From: Eledone cirrhosa
Taxonomy: Eukaryota
Assembly: GCA_964016885.1 (NCBI GenBank)
Contig: OZ024745.1
Coordinates: 131,502,001 to 131,566,000, forward strand
Direction: 5' to 3'
DNA length: 64,000 nt
Both the position numbers and the translations under genes were made by a program. A model generated the notes under the pieces. That model did no database searches. It was not told where the DNA came from and worked only from the letters and a program-made list of their open reading frames with translations. Shown in pieces: positions 11,101-26,100 of this stretch (position 1 is its first letter; the number at the start of each line of letters is the position of its first letter).

Positions 11101-14100
11101 GAGAGAAGACTGTAGACTGTAGAGAGAAGACTGTAGACTGTAGAGAGAAGACTGTAGAGAGAAGATTGTAGACTGTAGAGAGAAGACTGTAGACTGTAGA
11201 GAGAAGACTGTAGAGAGAAGACTGTAGACTGTAGAGAGAAGACTGTAGACTGTAGAGAGAAGACTGTAGAGAGAAGACTGTAGACTGTAGAGAGAAGACT
11301 GTAGACTGTGGAGAGAAGACTGTAGAGAGTAGACTGTAGAGAGAAGACTGTAGAGAGAAGACTGTAGAGTGTAGAGAGAAGACTGTAGACTGTAGAGAGA
11401 AGACTGTAGAGAGAAGACTGTAGAGTGTAGAGAGAAGACTGTAGACTGTAGAGAGAAGACTGTAGAGAGAAGACTGTAGACTGTAGAGAGAAGACTGTAG
11501 AATATAGAGAGAATACTGTAGAGAGAAGACTGTAGACTGTAGAGAGAAGACTGTAGACTGTAGAGAGAAGACTGTAGAATGTAGATAGAAGACTGTAGAG
11601 AGAAGACTGTAGAGAGAAGACTGTAAACTGTAGAGAGAAGACTGTAGAGAAGACTGTAGACTGTAGGGAGAAGACTGTAGAATGTAGAGAGAAGACTGTG
11701 GAGAGAAGACTGTAGAGAGAAGACTGTAGACTGTAGAGAGAAGACTGTGGAGAGAAGACTGTAGAGAGAAGACTGTAGAGAGAAGACTGTAGACTGTAGA
11801 GAGAAGACTGTAGACTGTAGAGAGAAGACTGTAGAATGTAGAGAGAAGACTGTGGAGAGAAGACGGTAGAGAGAAGACTGTAGAATGTAGAGAGAAAACT
11901 GTAGACTGTAGAGAGAAGACTGTAGAGAGAAGACTGTAGACTGTAGAGAGAAGACTGTAGAATGTAGAGAGAAGACTGTAGACTGTAGAGAGAAGACTGT
12001 AGACTGTAGAGAGAAGACTGTAGAGTGTAGAGAGAAGACTGTAGACTGTAGAGAGAAGACTGTAGAGAGAAGACTGTAGACTGTAGAGAGAAGACTGTAG
12101 AATGTAGAGAGAAGACTGTAGAATGTAGAGAGAAGACTGTAGACTGTAGAGAGAAGGCTGTAGACTGTAGAGAGAAGACAGTAGAGAGAAGACTGTAGAG
12201 AGAAGATTGTAGAATGTAGAGAGAAGACTGTAGACTGTAGAGAGAAGACTGTAGACTGTAGAGAGAAGACTGTAGAATGTAGAGAGAAGACTGTAGACTG
12301 TAGAATGTAGAGAGAAGACTGTAGAATGTAGAGAGAAGACTGTAGAGAGAAGACTGTAGACTGTAGACTGTAGAGAGAAGACTGTAGAGAGAAGACTGTA
12401 GAGAGAAGACTGTAGACTGTATAGAGAAGACTGTAGACTGTAGAGAGAAGACTGTAGACAGTAGAGAGAAGACTGTAGACTGTAAAGAGAAGACTGTAGA
12501 CTGTAGAGAGAAGATTGTAGACTGTAGAGAGAAGACTGTAGAGAGAAGATTGTAGACTGTAGAATGTAGAGAGAAGACTGTAGAATGTAGAGAGAAGACT
12601 GTAGACTGTAAAGAGAAGACTGTAGACTGTAGAGAGAAGACTGTAGACTGTAGAGAGAAGATTGTAGACTGTAAAGAGAAGACTGTGGACTGTAGAGAGA
12701 AGACTGTAAACTGTAAAGAGAAGACTGTAGACTGTAGAGAGAAGATTGTAGACTGTAGAGAGAAGACTGTAGAGAGAAGATTGTAGACTGTAAAGAGAAG
12801 ACTTTAGACTGAAGAGAGAAGACTATAGACTGTAGAGAGAAGATTGTAAACTGTAAAGAAAAGACTGTAGACTGTAGAGAGAAGATTGTAGACTGTAGAG
12901 AGAAGACTGTAGACTGTAGAGAGAAGACTGTAGACTGTAGAGAGAAGACTGTAGACTGTAGAGAGAAGACTGTAGACTGTAGAGAGAAGACTGTAGAATG
13001 TAGAGAGAAGACTGTGGAGAGAAGACTGTAGAGAGAAGACTGTAGACTGTAGAGAGAAGACTGTAGACTGTAGAGAAAAGACTGTGGAGAGAAGACTGTA
13101 GAGAGAAGACTGTAGAGAGAAGACTGTAGAATGTAGAGAGAAGACTGTAGACTGTAGAGAGAAGACTGTAGAATGTAGAGAGAAAACTGTAGAGAGAAGA
13201 CTGTAGAATGTAGAGAGAAGACTGTAGACTGTAGAGAGAAGACTGTAGTATGTAGAGAGAAGACTGTAGACTGTAGAGAGAAGACTGTAGAGAGAAGACT
13301 GTAGACTGTAGAGAGAAGACTGTAGAATGTAGAGAGAAGATTGTAGACTGTAGAGAGAAGACTGTAGAGAGAAGACTGTAGAATGTAGAGAGAAGACTGT
13401 AGACTGTAGAAAGAAGACTGTAGACTGTAGAGAGAAGACTGTAGACGGCAGAGAGAAGACCATAGAGAGAAGACTGTAGAGAGAAGACTGTAGACTGTAG
13501 AGAGAAGACTGTAGAATGTAGAGAGAAGACTGTAGAATGTAGAGAGAAGACTGTAGAATGTAGAGAGAAGACTGTAGACTGTAGAGAGAAGACTGTAGAC
13601 TGTAGAGAGAAGACTGTAGAGAGAAGACTGTAGACTGTAGAGAGAAGACTGTAGAGAGAAGACTGTAGACCGTAGAGAGAAGATTGTAGACTGTAGAGAG
13701 AAGACTGTAGACTGTAGAGAGAAGACTGTAGACTGTAGAGAGAAGACTGTAGACTGTAGAGAGAAGACTGTAGAGAGAAGACTGTAGACTGTGGAGAGAA
13801 GACTGTAGACTGTAAAGAGAAGACTGTAGACTGTAGAGAGAAGACTGTAGACTGTAAAGAGAAGACTGTAGACTGTAGAGAGAAGACTGTAGAGAGAAGA
13901 TTGTAGACTGTAGAGAGAAGACTGTAGACTGTAGAGAGAAGACTGTAGACTGTAGAGAGAAGACTGTAGACTGTAGAGAGAAGACTGTAGACTGTAGAGA
14001 GAAGACTGTAGAGAGAAGACTGTAGACTGTAGAGAGAAGACTGTAGACTGTAGAGAGAAGACTGTAGAATGTAGAGAGAAGACTGTAGAATGTAGAGAGA

Positions 14101-17100
14101 AGACTGTAGACTGTAGAGAGAAGACTGTAGACTGTAAAGAGAAGACTGTAGACTATAGAGAGAAGAATGTAGACTGTAGAGAGAAGACTGTAGACTGTAG
14201 AGAGAAGACTGTAGAGAGATGATTGTAGACTGTAGAGAGAAGACTGTAGACTGTAGAGAGAAGACTGTAGACTGTAGCGAGAAGACTGTAGACTGTAGAG
14301 AGAAGACTGTAGACTGTAGAGAGAAGACTGTAGAGAGAAGACTGTAGACTGTAGAGAGAAGACTGTAGACTGTAGAGAGAAGACTGTAGAATGTAGAGAG
14401 AAGACTGTAGAATGTAGAGAGAAGACTGTAGACTGTAGAGAGAAGACTGTAGACTGTAGAGAGAAGACTGTAGAATGTAGAGAGAAGACTGTAGACTGTA
14501 GAGAGAAGACTGTAGAATGTAGAGAGAAGACTGTAGACTGAAGAGAGAAGACTGTAGAATGTAGAGAGAAGACTGTAGAATGTAGAGAGAAGACTGTAGA
14601 ATGTAGAGAGAAGACTGTAGACTGTAGAGAGAAGACTGTAGAATGTAGAGAGAAGACTGTAGACTGTAGAGAGAAGACTGTAGAATGTAGAGAGAAGACT
14701 GTAGACTGTAGAGAGAAGACTGTAGACTGTAGAGAGAAGACTGTAGAGTGTAGAGAGTAGACTGTAGAGAGAAGACTGTAGAGAGAAGACTGTCGACTGT
14801 AGAGAGAAGACTGTAGAATGTAGAGAGAAGACTGTAGACTGTAGAGAGAAGACTGTAGACTGTAGAGAGAAGACTGTAGAGTGTAGAGAGAAGACTGTAG
14901 ACTGTAGAGAGAAAACTGTAGAGAGAAGACTGTAGACTGTAGAGAGAAGACTGTAGACTGTAGAGAGAAGACTGTAGAATGTAGAGAGAAGACTGTAGAA
15001 TGTAGAGAGGAGACTGTAGACTGTAGAGAGAAGACTGTAGACTGTAGAGAGAAGACTGTAGAATGTAGAGAGAAGACTTTAGAATGTAGAGAGAAGACTG
15101 TAGAATGTAGAGAGAAGACTGTAGAATGTAGAGAGAAGACTGTAGAATGTAGAGAGAAGACTGTAGACTGTAGAGAGAAGACTGTAGAATGTAGAGAGAA
15201 GACTGTAGACTGTAGAGAGAAGACTGTAGACTGTAGAGAGAAGACTGTAGACTGTAGAGAGAAGACTGTAGAATGTAGAGAGAAGACTGTAGACTGTAGA
15301 GAGAAGACTGTAGAGAGAAGACTGTAGACTGTAGAGAGAAGACTGTAGAGAGAAGACTGTAGAATGTAGAGAGAAGACTGTAGAATGTAGAGAGAAGACT
15401 GTAGAATGTAGAGAGAAGACTGTAGACTGTAGAGAGAAGACTGTAGAGAGAAGACTGTAGACTGTATAGAGAAGACTGTAGACTGTAGAGAGAAGACTGT
15501 AGACTGTAAAGAGAAGACTGTAGACTGTAGAGAGAAGACTGTACAGAGAAGATTGTAGACTGTAGAGAGAAGACTGTAGACTGAAGAGAGAAGACTGTAG
15601 AGAGAAGATTCTAAACTGTAAAGAGAAGACTGTAGAGAGAAGACTGTAGACTGTAGAGAGAAGACTGTAGAGAGAAGATTGTAGAATGTAGAGAGAAGAC
15701 TGTAGACTGTAGAGAGAAGACTGTAGACTGTAGAGAGAAGACTGTAGACTGTAGAGAGAAGACTGTAGAATGTAGAGAGAAGACTGTAGAATGTAGAGAG
15801 AAGACTGTAGACTGTAGAGAGAAGACTGTAGAATGTAGAGAGAAGACTGTAGACTGTAGAGAGAAGACTGTAGACTGTAGAGAGAAGACTGTAGACTGTA
15901 TAGAGAAGACTGTAGAATGTAGAGAGAAGACTGTAGACTGTAGACTGTAGAGAGAAGACTGTAGAGAGAAGACTGTAGACTGTAGAGAGGAGACTGTAGA
16001 CTGTGGAGAGAAGACTGTAGAGAGAAGACTGTAGACTGTAGAGAGAAAACTGTAGAGAGAAGACTGTAGAATGTAGAGAGAAGACTGTAGACTGTAGAGA
16101 GAAGACTGTAGTATGTAGAGAGAAGACTGTAGACTGTAGAGAGAAGACTGTAGAGAGAAGACTGTAGACTGTAGAGAGAAGACTGTAGAATGTAGAGAGA
16201 AGACTGTAGAATGTAGAGAGAAAACTGTAGAGAGAAGACTGTAGAATGTAGAGAGAAGACTGTAGACTGTAGAGAGAAGACTGTAGTATGTAGAGAGAAG
16301 ACTGTAGACTGTAGAGAGAAGACTGTAGAGAGAAGACTGTAGACTGTAGAGAGAAGACTGTAGAATGTAGAGAGAAGATTGTAGACTGTAGAGAGAAGAC
16401 TGTAGAGAGAAGACTGTAGAATGTAGAGAGAAGACTGTAGACTGTAGAAAGAAGACTGTAGACTGTAGAGAGAAGACTGTAGACTGTAGAGAGAAGACTG
16501 TAGAATGTAGAGAGAAGATTGTAGACTGTAGAGAGAAGACTGTAGAGAGAAGACTGTAGACTGTAGAGAGAAGACTGTGGAGAGAAGACTGTAGAGAGAA
16601 GATTGTAGAGAGAAGACTGTAGACTGTAGAGAGAAGACTGTAGAGAGAAGACTGTAGAGAGAAGACTGTAGACTGTAGAGAGAAGACTGTAGAGAGAAAA
16701 CTGTAGACTGTAGAGAGAAGACTGTGGAGAGAAGACTGTAGAGAGAAGACTGTAGAGAGAAGACTGTAGAGAGAAGACTGTAGACTGTAGAGAGAAGACT
16801 GTAGACTGTAGAGAGAAGACTGTAGAGAGAAGATTGTAGACTGTAGAGAGAAGACTGTAGACTGTAGAGAGAAGACTGTAGAGAGAAGACTGTAGACTGT
16901 AGAGAGAAGACTGTAGACTGTAGAGAGAAGACTGTAGAGAGAAGACTGTAGACTGTAGAGAGAAGACTGTAGACTGTGGAGAGAAGACTGTAGAGAGTAG
17001 ACTGTAGAGAGAAGACTGTAGAGAGAAGACTGTAGAGTGTAGAGAGAAGACTGTAGACTGTAGAGAGAAGACTGTAGAGAGAAGACTGTAGAGTGTAGAG

Positions 17101-20100
17101 AGAAGACTGTAGACTGTAGAGAGAAGACTGTAGAGAGAAGACTGTAGACTGTAGAGAGAAGACTGTAGAATATAGAGAGAATACTGTAGAGAGAAGACTG
17201 TAGACTGTAGAGAGAAGACTGTAGACTGTAGAGAGAAGACTGTAGAATGTAGATAGAAGACTGTAGAGAGAAGACTGTAGAGAGAAGACTGTAAACTGTA
17301 GAGAGAAGACTGTAGAGAAGACTGTAGACTGTAGGGAGAAGACTGTAGAATGTAGAGAGAAGACTGTGGAGAGAAGACTGTAGAGAGAAGACTGTAGACT
17401 GTAGAGAGAAGACTGTGGAGAGAAGACTGTAGAGAGAAGACTGTAGAGAGAAGACTGTAGACTGTAGAGAGAAGACTGTAGACTGTAGAGAGAAGACTGT
17501 AGAATGTAGAGAGAAGACTGTGGAGAGAAGACGGTAGAGAGAAGACTGTAGAATGTAGAGAGAAAACTGTAGACTGTAGAGAGAAGACTGTAGAGAGAAG
17601 ACTGTAGACTGTAGAGAGAAGACTGTAGAATGTAGAGAGAAGACTGTAGACTGTAGAGAGAAGACTGTAGACTGTAGAGAGAAGACTGTAGAGTGTAGAG
17701 AGAAGACTGTAGACTGTAGAGAGAAGACTGTAGAGAGAAGACTGTAGACTGTAGAGAGAAGACTGTAGAATGTAGAGAGAAGACTGTAGAATGTAGAGAG
17801 AAGACTGTAGACTGTAGAGAGAAGGCTGTAGACTGTAGAGAGAAGACAGTAGAGAGAAGACTGTAGAGAGAAGATTGTAGAATGTAGAGAGAAGACTGTA
17901 GACTGTAGAGAGAAGACTGTAGACTGTAGAGAGAAGACTGTAGAATGTAGAGAGAAGACTGTAGACTGTAGAATGTAGAGAGAAGACTGTAGAATGTAGA
18001 GAGAAGACTGTAGAGAGAAGACTGTAGACTGTAGACTGTAGAGAGAAGACTGTAGAGAGAAGACTGTAGAGAGAAGACTGTAGACTGTATAGAGAAGACT
18101 GTAGACTGTAGAGAGAAGACTGTAGACAGTAGAGAGAAGACTGTAGACTGTAAAGAGAAGACTGTAGACTGTAGAGAGAAGATTGTAGACTGTAGAGAGA
18201 AGACTGTAGAGAGAAGATTGTAGACTGTAGAATGTAGAGAGAAGACTGTAGAATGTAGAGAGAAGACTGTAGACTGTAAAGAGAAGACTGTAGACTGTAG
18301 AGAGAAGACTGTAGACTGTAGAGAGAAGATTGTAGACTGTAAAGAGAAGACTGTGGACTGTAGAGAGAAGACTGTAAACTGTAAAGAGAAGACTGTAGAC
18401 TGTAGAGAGAAGATTGTAGACTGTAGAGAGAAGACTGTAGAGAGAAGATTGTAGACTGTAAAGAGAAGACTTTAGACTGAAGAGAGAAGACTATAGACTG
18501 TAGAGAGAAGATTGTAAACTGTAAAGAAAAGACTGTAGACTGTAGAGAGAAGATTGTAGACTGTAGAGAGAAGACTGTAGACTGTAGAGAGAAGACTGTA
18601 GACTGTAGAGAGAAGACTGTAGACTGTAGAGAGAAGACTGTAGACTGTAGAGAGAAGACTGTAGAATGTAGAGAGAAGACTGTGGAGAGAAGACTGTAGA
18701 GAGAAGACTGTAGACTGTAGAGAGAAGACTGTAGACTGTAGAGAAAAGACTGTGGAGAGAAGACTGTAGAGAGAAGACTGTAGAGAGAAGACTGTAGAAT
18801 GTAGAGAGAAGACTGTAGACTGTAGAGAGAAGACTGTAGAATGTAGAGAGAAAACTGTAGAGAGAAGACTGTAGAATGTAGAGAGAAGACTGTAGACTGT
18901 AGAGAGAAGACTGTAGTATGTAGAGAGAAGACTGTAGACTGTAGAGAGAAGACTGTAGAGAGAAGACTGTAGACTGTAGAGAGAAGACTGTAGAATGTAG
19001 AGAGAAGATTGTAGACTGTAGAGAGAAGACTGTAGAGAGAAGACTGTAGAATGTAGAGAGAAGACTGTAGACTGTAGAAAGAAGACTGTAGACTGTAGAG
19101 AGAAGACTGTAGACGGCAGAGAGAAGACCATAGAGAGAAGACTGTAGAGAGAAGACTGTAGACTGTAGAGAGAAGACTGTAGAATGTAGAGAGAAGACTG
19201 TAGAATGTAGAGAGAAGACTGTAGAATGTAGAGAGAAGACTGTAGACTGTAGAGAGAAGACTGTAGACTGTAGAGAGAAGACTGTAGAGAGAAGACTGTA
19301 GACTGTAGAGAGAAGACTGTAGAGAGAAGACTGTAGACCGTAGAGAGAAGATTGTAGACTGTAGAGAGAAGACTGTAGACTGTAGAGAGAAGACTGTAGA
19401 CTGTAGAGAGAAGACTGTAGACTGTAGAGAGAAGACTGTAGAGAGAAGACTGTAGACTGTGGAGAGAAGACTGTAGACTGTAAAGAGAAGACTGTAGACT
19501 GTAGAGAGAAGACTGTAGACTGTAAAGAGAAGACTGTAGACTGTAGAGAGAAGACTGTAGAGAGAAGATTGTAGACTGTAGAGAGAAGACTGTAGACTGT
19601 AGAGAGAAGACTGTAGACTGTAGAGAGAAGACTGTAGACTGTAGAGAGAAGACTGTAGACTGTAGAGAGAAGACTGTAGAGAGAAGACTGTAGACTGTAG
19701 AGAGAAGACTGTAGACTGTAGAGAGAAGACTGTAGAATGTAGAGAGAAGACTGTAGAATGTAGAGAGAAGACTGTAGACTGTAGAGAGAAGACTGTAGAC
19801 TGTAAAGAGAAGACTGTAGACTATAGAGAGAAGAATGTAGACTGTAGAGAGAAGACTGTAGACTGTAGAGAGAAGACTGTAGAGAGATGATTGTAGACTG
19901 TAGAGAGAAGACTGTAGACTGTAGAGAGAAGACTGTAGACTGTAGCGAGAAGACTGTAGACTGTAGAGAGAAGACTGTAGACTGTAGAGAGAAGACTGTA
20001 GAGAGAAGACTGTAGACTGTAGAGAGAAGACTGTAGACTGTAGAGAGAAGACTGTAGAATGTAGAGAGAAGACTGTAGAATGTAGAGAGAAGACTGTAGA

Positions 20101-23100
20101 CTGTAGAGAGAAGACTGTAGACTGTAGAGAGAAGACTGTAGAATGTAGAGAGAAGACTGTAGACTGTAGAGAGAAGACTGTAGAATGTAGAGAGAAGACT
20201 GTAGACTGAAGAGAGAAGACTGTAGAATGTAGAGAGAAGACTGTAGAATGTAGAGAGAAGACTGTAGAATGTAGAGAGAAGACTGTAGACTGTAGAGAGA
20301 AGACTGTAGAATGTAGAGAGAAGACTGTAGACTGTAGAGAGAAGACTGTAGAATGTAGAGAGAAGACTGTAGACTGTAGAGAGAAGACTGTAGACTGTAG
20401 AGAGAAGACTGTAGAGTGTAGAGAGTAGACTGTAGAGAGAAGACTGTAGAGAGAAGACTGTCGACTGTAGAGAGAAGACTGTAGAATGTAGAGAGAAGAC
20501 TGTAGACTGTAGAGAGAAGACTGTAGACTGTAGAGAGAAGACTGTAGAGTGTAGAGAGAAGACTGTAGACTGTAGAGAGAAAACTGTAGAGAGAAGACTG
20601 TAGACTGTAGAGAGAAGACTGTAGACTGTAGAGAGAAGACTGTAGAATGTAGAGAGAAGACTGTAGAATGTAGAGAGGAGACTGTAGACTGTAGAGAGAA
20701 GACTGTAGACTGTAGAGAGAAGACTGTAGAATGTAGAGAGAAGACTTTAGAATGTAGAGAGAAGACTGTAGAATGTAGAGAGAAGACTGTAGAATGTAGA
20801 GAGAAGACTGTAGAATGTAGAGAGAAGACTGTAGACTGTAGAGAGAAGACTGTAGAATGTAGAGAGAAGACTGTAGACTGTAGAGAGAAGACTGTAGACT
20901 GTAGAGAGAAGACTGTAGACTGTAGAGAGAAGACTGTAGAATGTAGAGAGAAGACTGTAGACTGTAGAGAGAAGACTGTAGAGAGAAGACTGTAGACTGT
21001 AGAGAGAAGACTGTAGAGAGAAGACTGTAGAATGTAGAGAGAAGACTGTAGAATGTAGAGAGAAGACTGTAGAATGTAGAGAGAAGACTGTAGACTGTAG
21101 AGAGAAGACTGTAGAGAGAAGACTGTAGACTGTATAGAGAAGACTGTAGACTGTAGAGAGAAGACTGTAGACTGTAAAGAGAAGACTGTAGACTGTAGAG
21201 AGAAGACTGTACAGAGAAGATTGTAGACTGTAGAGAGAAGACTGTAGACTGAAGAGAGAAGACTGTAGAGAGAAGATTCTAAACTGTAAAGAGAAGACTG
21301 TAGAGAGAAGACTGTAGACTGTAGAGAGAAGACTGTAGAGAGAAGATTGTAGAATGTAGAGAGAAGACTGTAGACTGTAGAGAGAAGACTGTAGACTGTA
21401 GAGAGAAGACTGTAGACTGTAGAGAGAAGACTGTAGAATGTAGAGAGAAGACTGTAGAATGTAGAGAGAAGACTGTAGACTGTAGAGAGAAGACTGTAGA
21501 ATGTAGAGAGAAGACTGTAGACTGTAGAGAGAAGACTGTAGACTGTAGAGAGAAGACTGTAGACTGTATAGAGAAGACTGTAGAATGTAGAGAGAAGACT
21601 GTAGACTGTAGACTGTAGAGAGAAGACTGTAGAGAGAAGACTGTAGACTGTAGAGAGGAGACTGTAGACTGTGGAGAGAAGACTGTAGAGAGAAGACTGT
21701 AGACTGTAGAGAGAAAACTGTAGAGAGAAGACTGTAGAATGTAGAGAGAAGACTGTAGACTGTAGAGAGAAGACTGTAGTATGTAGAGAGAAGACTGTAG
21801 ACTGTAGAGAGAAGACTGTAGAGAGAAGACTGTAGACTGTAGAGAGAAGACTGTAGAATGTAGAGAGAAGACTGTAGAATGTAGAGAGAAAACTGTAGAG
21901 AGAAGACTGTAGAATGTAGAGAGAAGACTGTAGACTGTAGAGAGAAGACTGTAGTATGTAGAGAGAAGACTGTAGACTGTAGAGAGAAGACTGTAGAGAG
22001 AAGACTGTAGACTGTAGAGAGAAGACTGTAGAATGTAGAGAGAAGATTGTAGACTGTAGAGAGAAGACTGTAGAGAGAAGACTGTAGAATGTAGAGAGAA
22101 GACTGTAGACTGTAGAAAGAAGACTGTAGACTGTAGAGAGAAGACTGTAGACGGCAGAGAGAAGACCATAGAGAGAAGACTGTAGAGAGAAGACTGTAGA
22201 CTGTAGAGAGAAGACTGTAGAATGTAGAGAGAAGACTGTAGAATGTAGAGAGAAGACTGTAGAATGTAGAGAGAAGACTGTAGACTGTAGAGAGAAGACT
22301 GTAGACTGTAGAGAGAAGACTGTAGAGAGAAGACTGTAGACTGTAGAGAGAAGACTGTAGAGAGAAGACTGTAGACCGTAGAGAGAAGATTGTAGACTGT
22401 AGAGAGAAGACTGTAGACTGTAGAGAGAAGACTGTAGACTGTAGAGAGAAGACTGTAGACTGTAGAGAGAAGACTGTAGAGAGAAGACTGTAGACTGTGG
22501 AGAGAAGACTGTAGACTGTAAAGAGAAGACTGTAGACTGTAGAGAGAAGACTGTAGACTGTAAAGAGAAGACTGTAGACTGTAGAGAGAAGACTGTAGAG
22601 AGAAGATTGTAGACTGTAGAGAGAAGACTGTAGACTGTAGAGAGAAGACTGTAGACTGTAGAGAGAAGACTGTAGACTGTAGAGAGAAGACTGTAGACTG
22701 TAGAGAGAAGACTGTAGACTGTAGAGAGAAGACTGTAGAGAGAAGACTGTAGACTGTAGAGAGAAGACTGTAGACTGTAGAGAGAAGACTGTAGAATGTA
22801 GAGAGAAGACTGTAGAATGTAGAGAGAAGACTGTAGACTGTAGAGAGAAGACTGTAGACTGTAAAGAGAAGACTGTAGACTATAGAGAGAAGAATGTAGA
22901 CTGTAGAGAGAAGACTGTAGACTGTAGAGAGAAGACTGTAGAGAGATGATTGTAGACTGTAGAGAGAAGACTGTAGACTGTAGAGAGAAGACTGTAGACT
23001 GTAGCGAGAAGACTGTAGACTGTAGAGAGAAGACTGTAGACTGTAGAGAGAAGACTGTAGAGAGAAGACTGTAGACTGTAGAGAGAAGACTGTAGACTGT

Positions 23101-26100
23101 AGAGAGAAGACTGTAGAATGTAGAGAGAAGACTGTAGAATGTAGAGAGAAGACTGTAGACTGTAGAGAGAAGACTGTAGACTGTAGAGAGAAGACTGTAG
23201 AATGTAGAGAGAAGACTGTAGACTGTAGAGAGAAGACTGTAGAATGTAGAGAGAAGACTGTAGACTGAAGAGAGAAGACTGTAGAATGTAGAGAGAAGAC
23301 TGTAGAATGTAGAGAGAAGACTGTAGAATGTAGAGAGAAGACTGTAGACTGTAGAGAGAAGACTGTAGAATGTAGAGAGAAGACTGTAGACTGTAGAGAG
23401 AAGACTGTAGAATGTAGAGAGAAGACTGTAGACTGTAGAGAGAAGACTGTAGACTGTAGAGAGAAGACTGTAGAGTGTAGAGAGTAGACTGTAGAGAGAA
23501 GACTGTAGAGAGAAGACTGTCGACTGTAGAGAGAAGACTGTAGAATGTAGAGAGAAGACTGTAGACTGTAGAGAGAAGACTGTAGACTGTAGAGAGAAGA
23601 CTGTAGAGTGTAGAGAGAAGACTGTAGACTGTAGAGAGAAAACTGTAGAGAGAAGACTGTAGACTGTAGAGAGAAGACTGTAGACTGTAGAGAGAAGACT
23701 GTAGAATGTAGAGAGAAGACTGTAGAATGTAGAGAGGAGACTGTAGACTGTAGAGAGAAGACTGTAGACTGTAGAGAGAAGACTGTAGAATGTAGAGAGA
23801 AGACTTTAGAATGTAGAGAGAAGACTGTAGAATGTAGAGAGAAGACTGTAGAATGTAGAGAGAAGACTGTAGAATGTAGAGAGAAGACTGTAGACTGTAG
23901 AGAGAAGACTGTAGAATGTAGAGAGAAGACTGTAGACTGTAGAGAGAAGACTGTAGACTGTAGAGAGAAGACTGTAGACTGTAGAGAGAAGACTGTAGAA
24001 TGTAGAGAGAAGACTGTAGACTGTAGAGAGAAGACTGTAGAGAGAAGACTGTAGACTGTAGAGAGAAGACTGTAGAGAGAAGACTGTAGAATGTAGAGAG
24101 AAGACTGTAGAATGTAGAGAGAAGACTGTAGAATGTAGAGAGAAGACTGTAGACTGTAGAGAGAAGACTGTAGAGAGAAGACTGTAGACTGTATAGAGAA
24201 GACTGTAGACTGTAGAGAGAAGACTGTAGACTGTAAAGAGAAGACTGTAGACTGTAGAGAGAAGACTGTACAGAGAAGATTGTAGACTGTAGAGAGAAGA
24301 CTGTAGACTGAAGAGAGAAGACTGTAGAGAGAAGATTCTAAACTGTAAAGAGAAGACTGTAGAGAGAAGACTGTAGACTGTAGAGAGAAGACTGTAGAGA
24401 GAAGATTGTAGAATGTAGAGAGAAGACTGTAGACTGTAGAGAGAAGACTGTAGACTGTAGAGAGAAGACTGTAGACTGTAGAGAGAAGACTGTAGAATGT
24501 AGAGAGAAGACTGTAGAATGTAGAGAGAAGACTGTAGACTGTAGAGAGAAGACTGTAGAATGTAGAGAGAAGACTGTAGACTGTAGAGAGAAGACTGTAG
24601 ACTGTAGAGAGAAGACTGTAGACTGTATAGAGAAGACTGTAGACTGTAGAGCGAAGACTGTAGACTGTAGAGAGAAGACTGTAGAATGTAGAGAGAAGAC
24701 TGTAGACTGTAGACTGTAGAGAGAAGACTGTAGAGAGAAGACTGTAGACTGTAGAGAGGAGACTGTAGACTGTGGAGAGAAGACTGTAGAGAGAAGACTG
24801 TAGACTGTAGAGAGAAGATTGTAGACTGTAAAGAGAAGACTGTAGACTGTAGAGAGAAGATTGTAGACTGTATAGAGAAGACTGTAGACTGTAGAGAAAA
24901 GACTGTAGACTGTAGAGAGAAGACTGTAGACTGTAAAGAGAAGACTGTAGACTGTAGAGAGAAGACTGTAGAGAGAAGATTGTAGACTGTATAGAGAAGA
25001 CTGTAGACTGTAGAGAGAAGACTGTAGACTGTAAAGAGAAGACTGTAGACTGTAGAGAGAACACTGTAGAGAGAAGACTGTAGACTGTAGAGAGGAGACT
25101 GTAGACTGTAGAGAGAAGACTGTAGAGAGAAGACTGTAGACTGTAGAGAGAAGATTGTAAACTGTAAAGAGAAGACTGTAGACTGTAGAGAGAAGATTGT
25201 AGACTGTAGAGAGAAGACTGTAGACTGTAGAGAGAAGACTGTAGACTGTAGAGAGAAGACTGTAGACTGTAGAGAGAAGACTGTAGACTGTAGAGAGAAG
25301 ACTGTAGACTGTAGAGAGAAGACTGTAGACTGTAGAGAGAAGATTGTAGACTGTAGAGAGAAGATTGTAGACTGTAGAGAGAAGACTGTAGACTGTAGAG
25401 AGAAGACTGTAGACTGTAGAGAGAAGACTGTAGACTGTAGAGAGAAGACTGTAGACTGTAGAGAGAAGACTGTAGACTGTAGAGAGAAGACTGTAGACTG
25501 TAGAGAGAAGATTGTAGACTGTAGAGAGAAGATTGTAGACTGTAGAGAGAAGACTGTAGACTGTAGAGAGAAGACTGTAGACTGCAGAGAGAAGACTGTA
25601 GACTGTAGAGAGAAGACTGTAGACTGTAGAGAGAAGACTGTAGACTGTAGAGAGAAGACTGTAGAGAGAAGATTGTAGACTGTAGAGAGAAGAATGTAAA
25701 CTGTAAAGAGAAGATTGTAAACTGTAAAGAGAAGACTGTAGACTGTAGAGAGTAGACTGTAGACTGTAGAGAGAAGATTGTAGACTGTAAAGAGAAGACT
25801 GTAGACTGTAGAGAGAAGACTGTAGACTGTAGAGAGAAGATTGTAGACTGTAGAGAGAAGACTGTAGACTGTAGAGAGAAGACTGTAGAGAGAAGACTGT
25901 AGACTGTAGAGAGAAGACTGTAGACTGTAGACTGTAGAGAGAAGACTGTAGAGAGAAGACTGTAGAGAGAAGACTGTAGAGAGAAGACTGTAGACTGTAG
26001 AGAGAAGACTGTAGACTGTAGAGAGAAGACTGTAGACTGTAGAGAGAAGATTGTAAACTGTAAAGAGAAGACTGTAGACTGTAGAGAGAAAACTGTAGAC

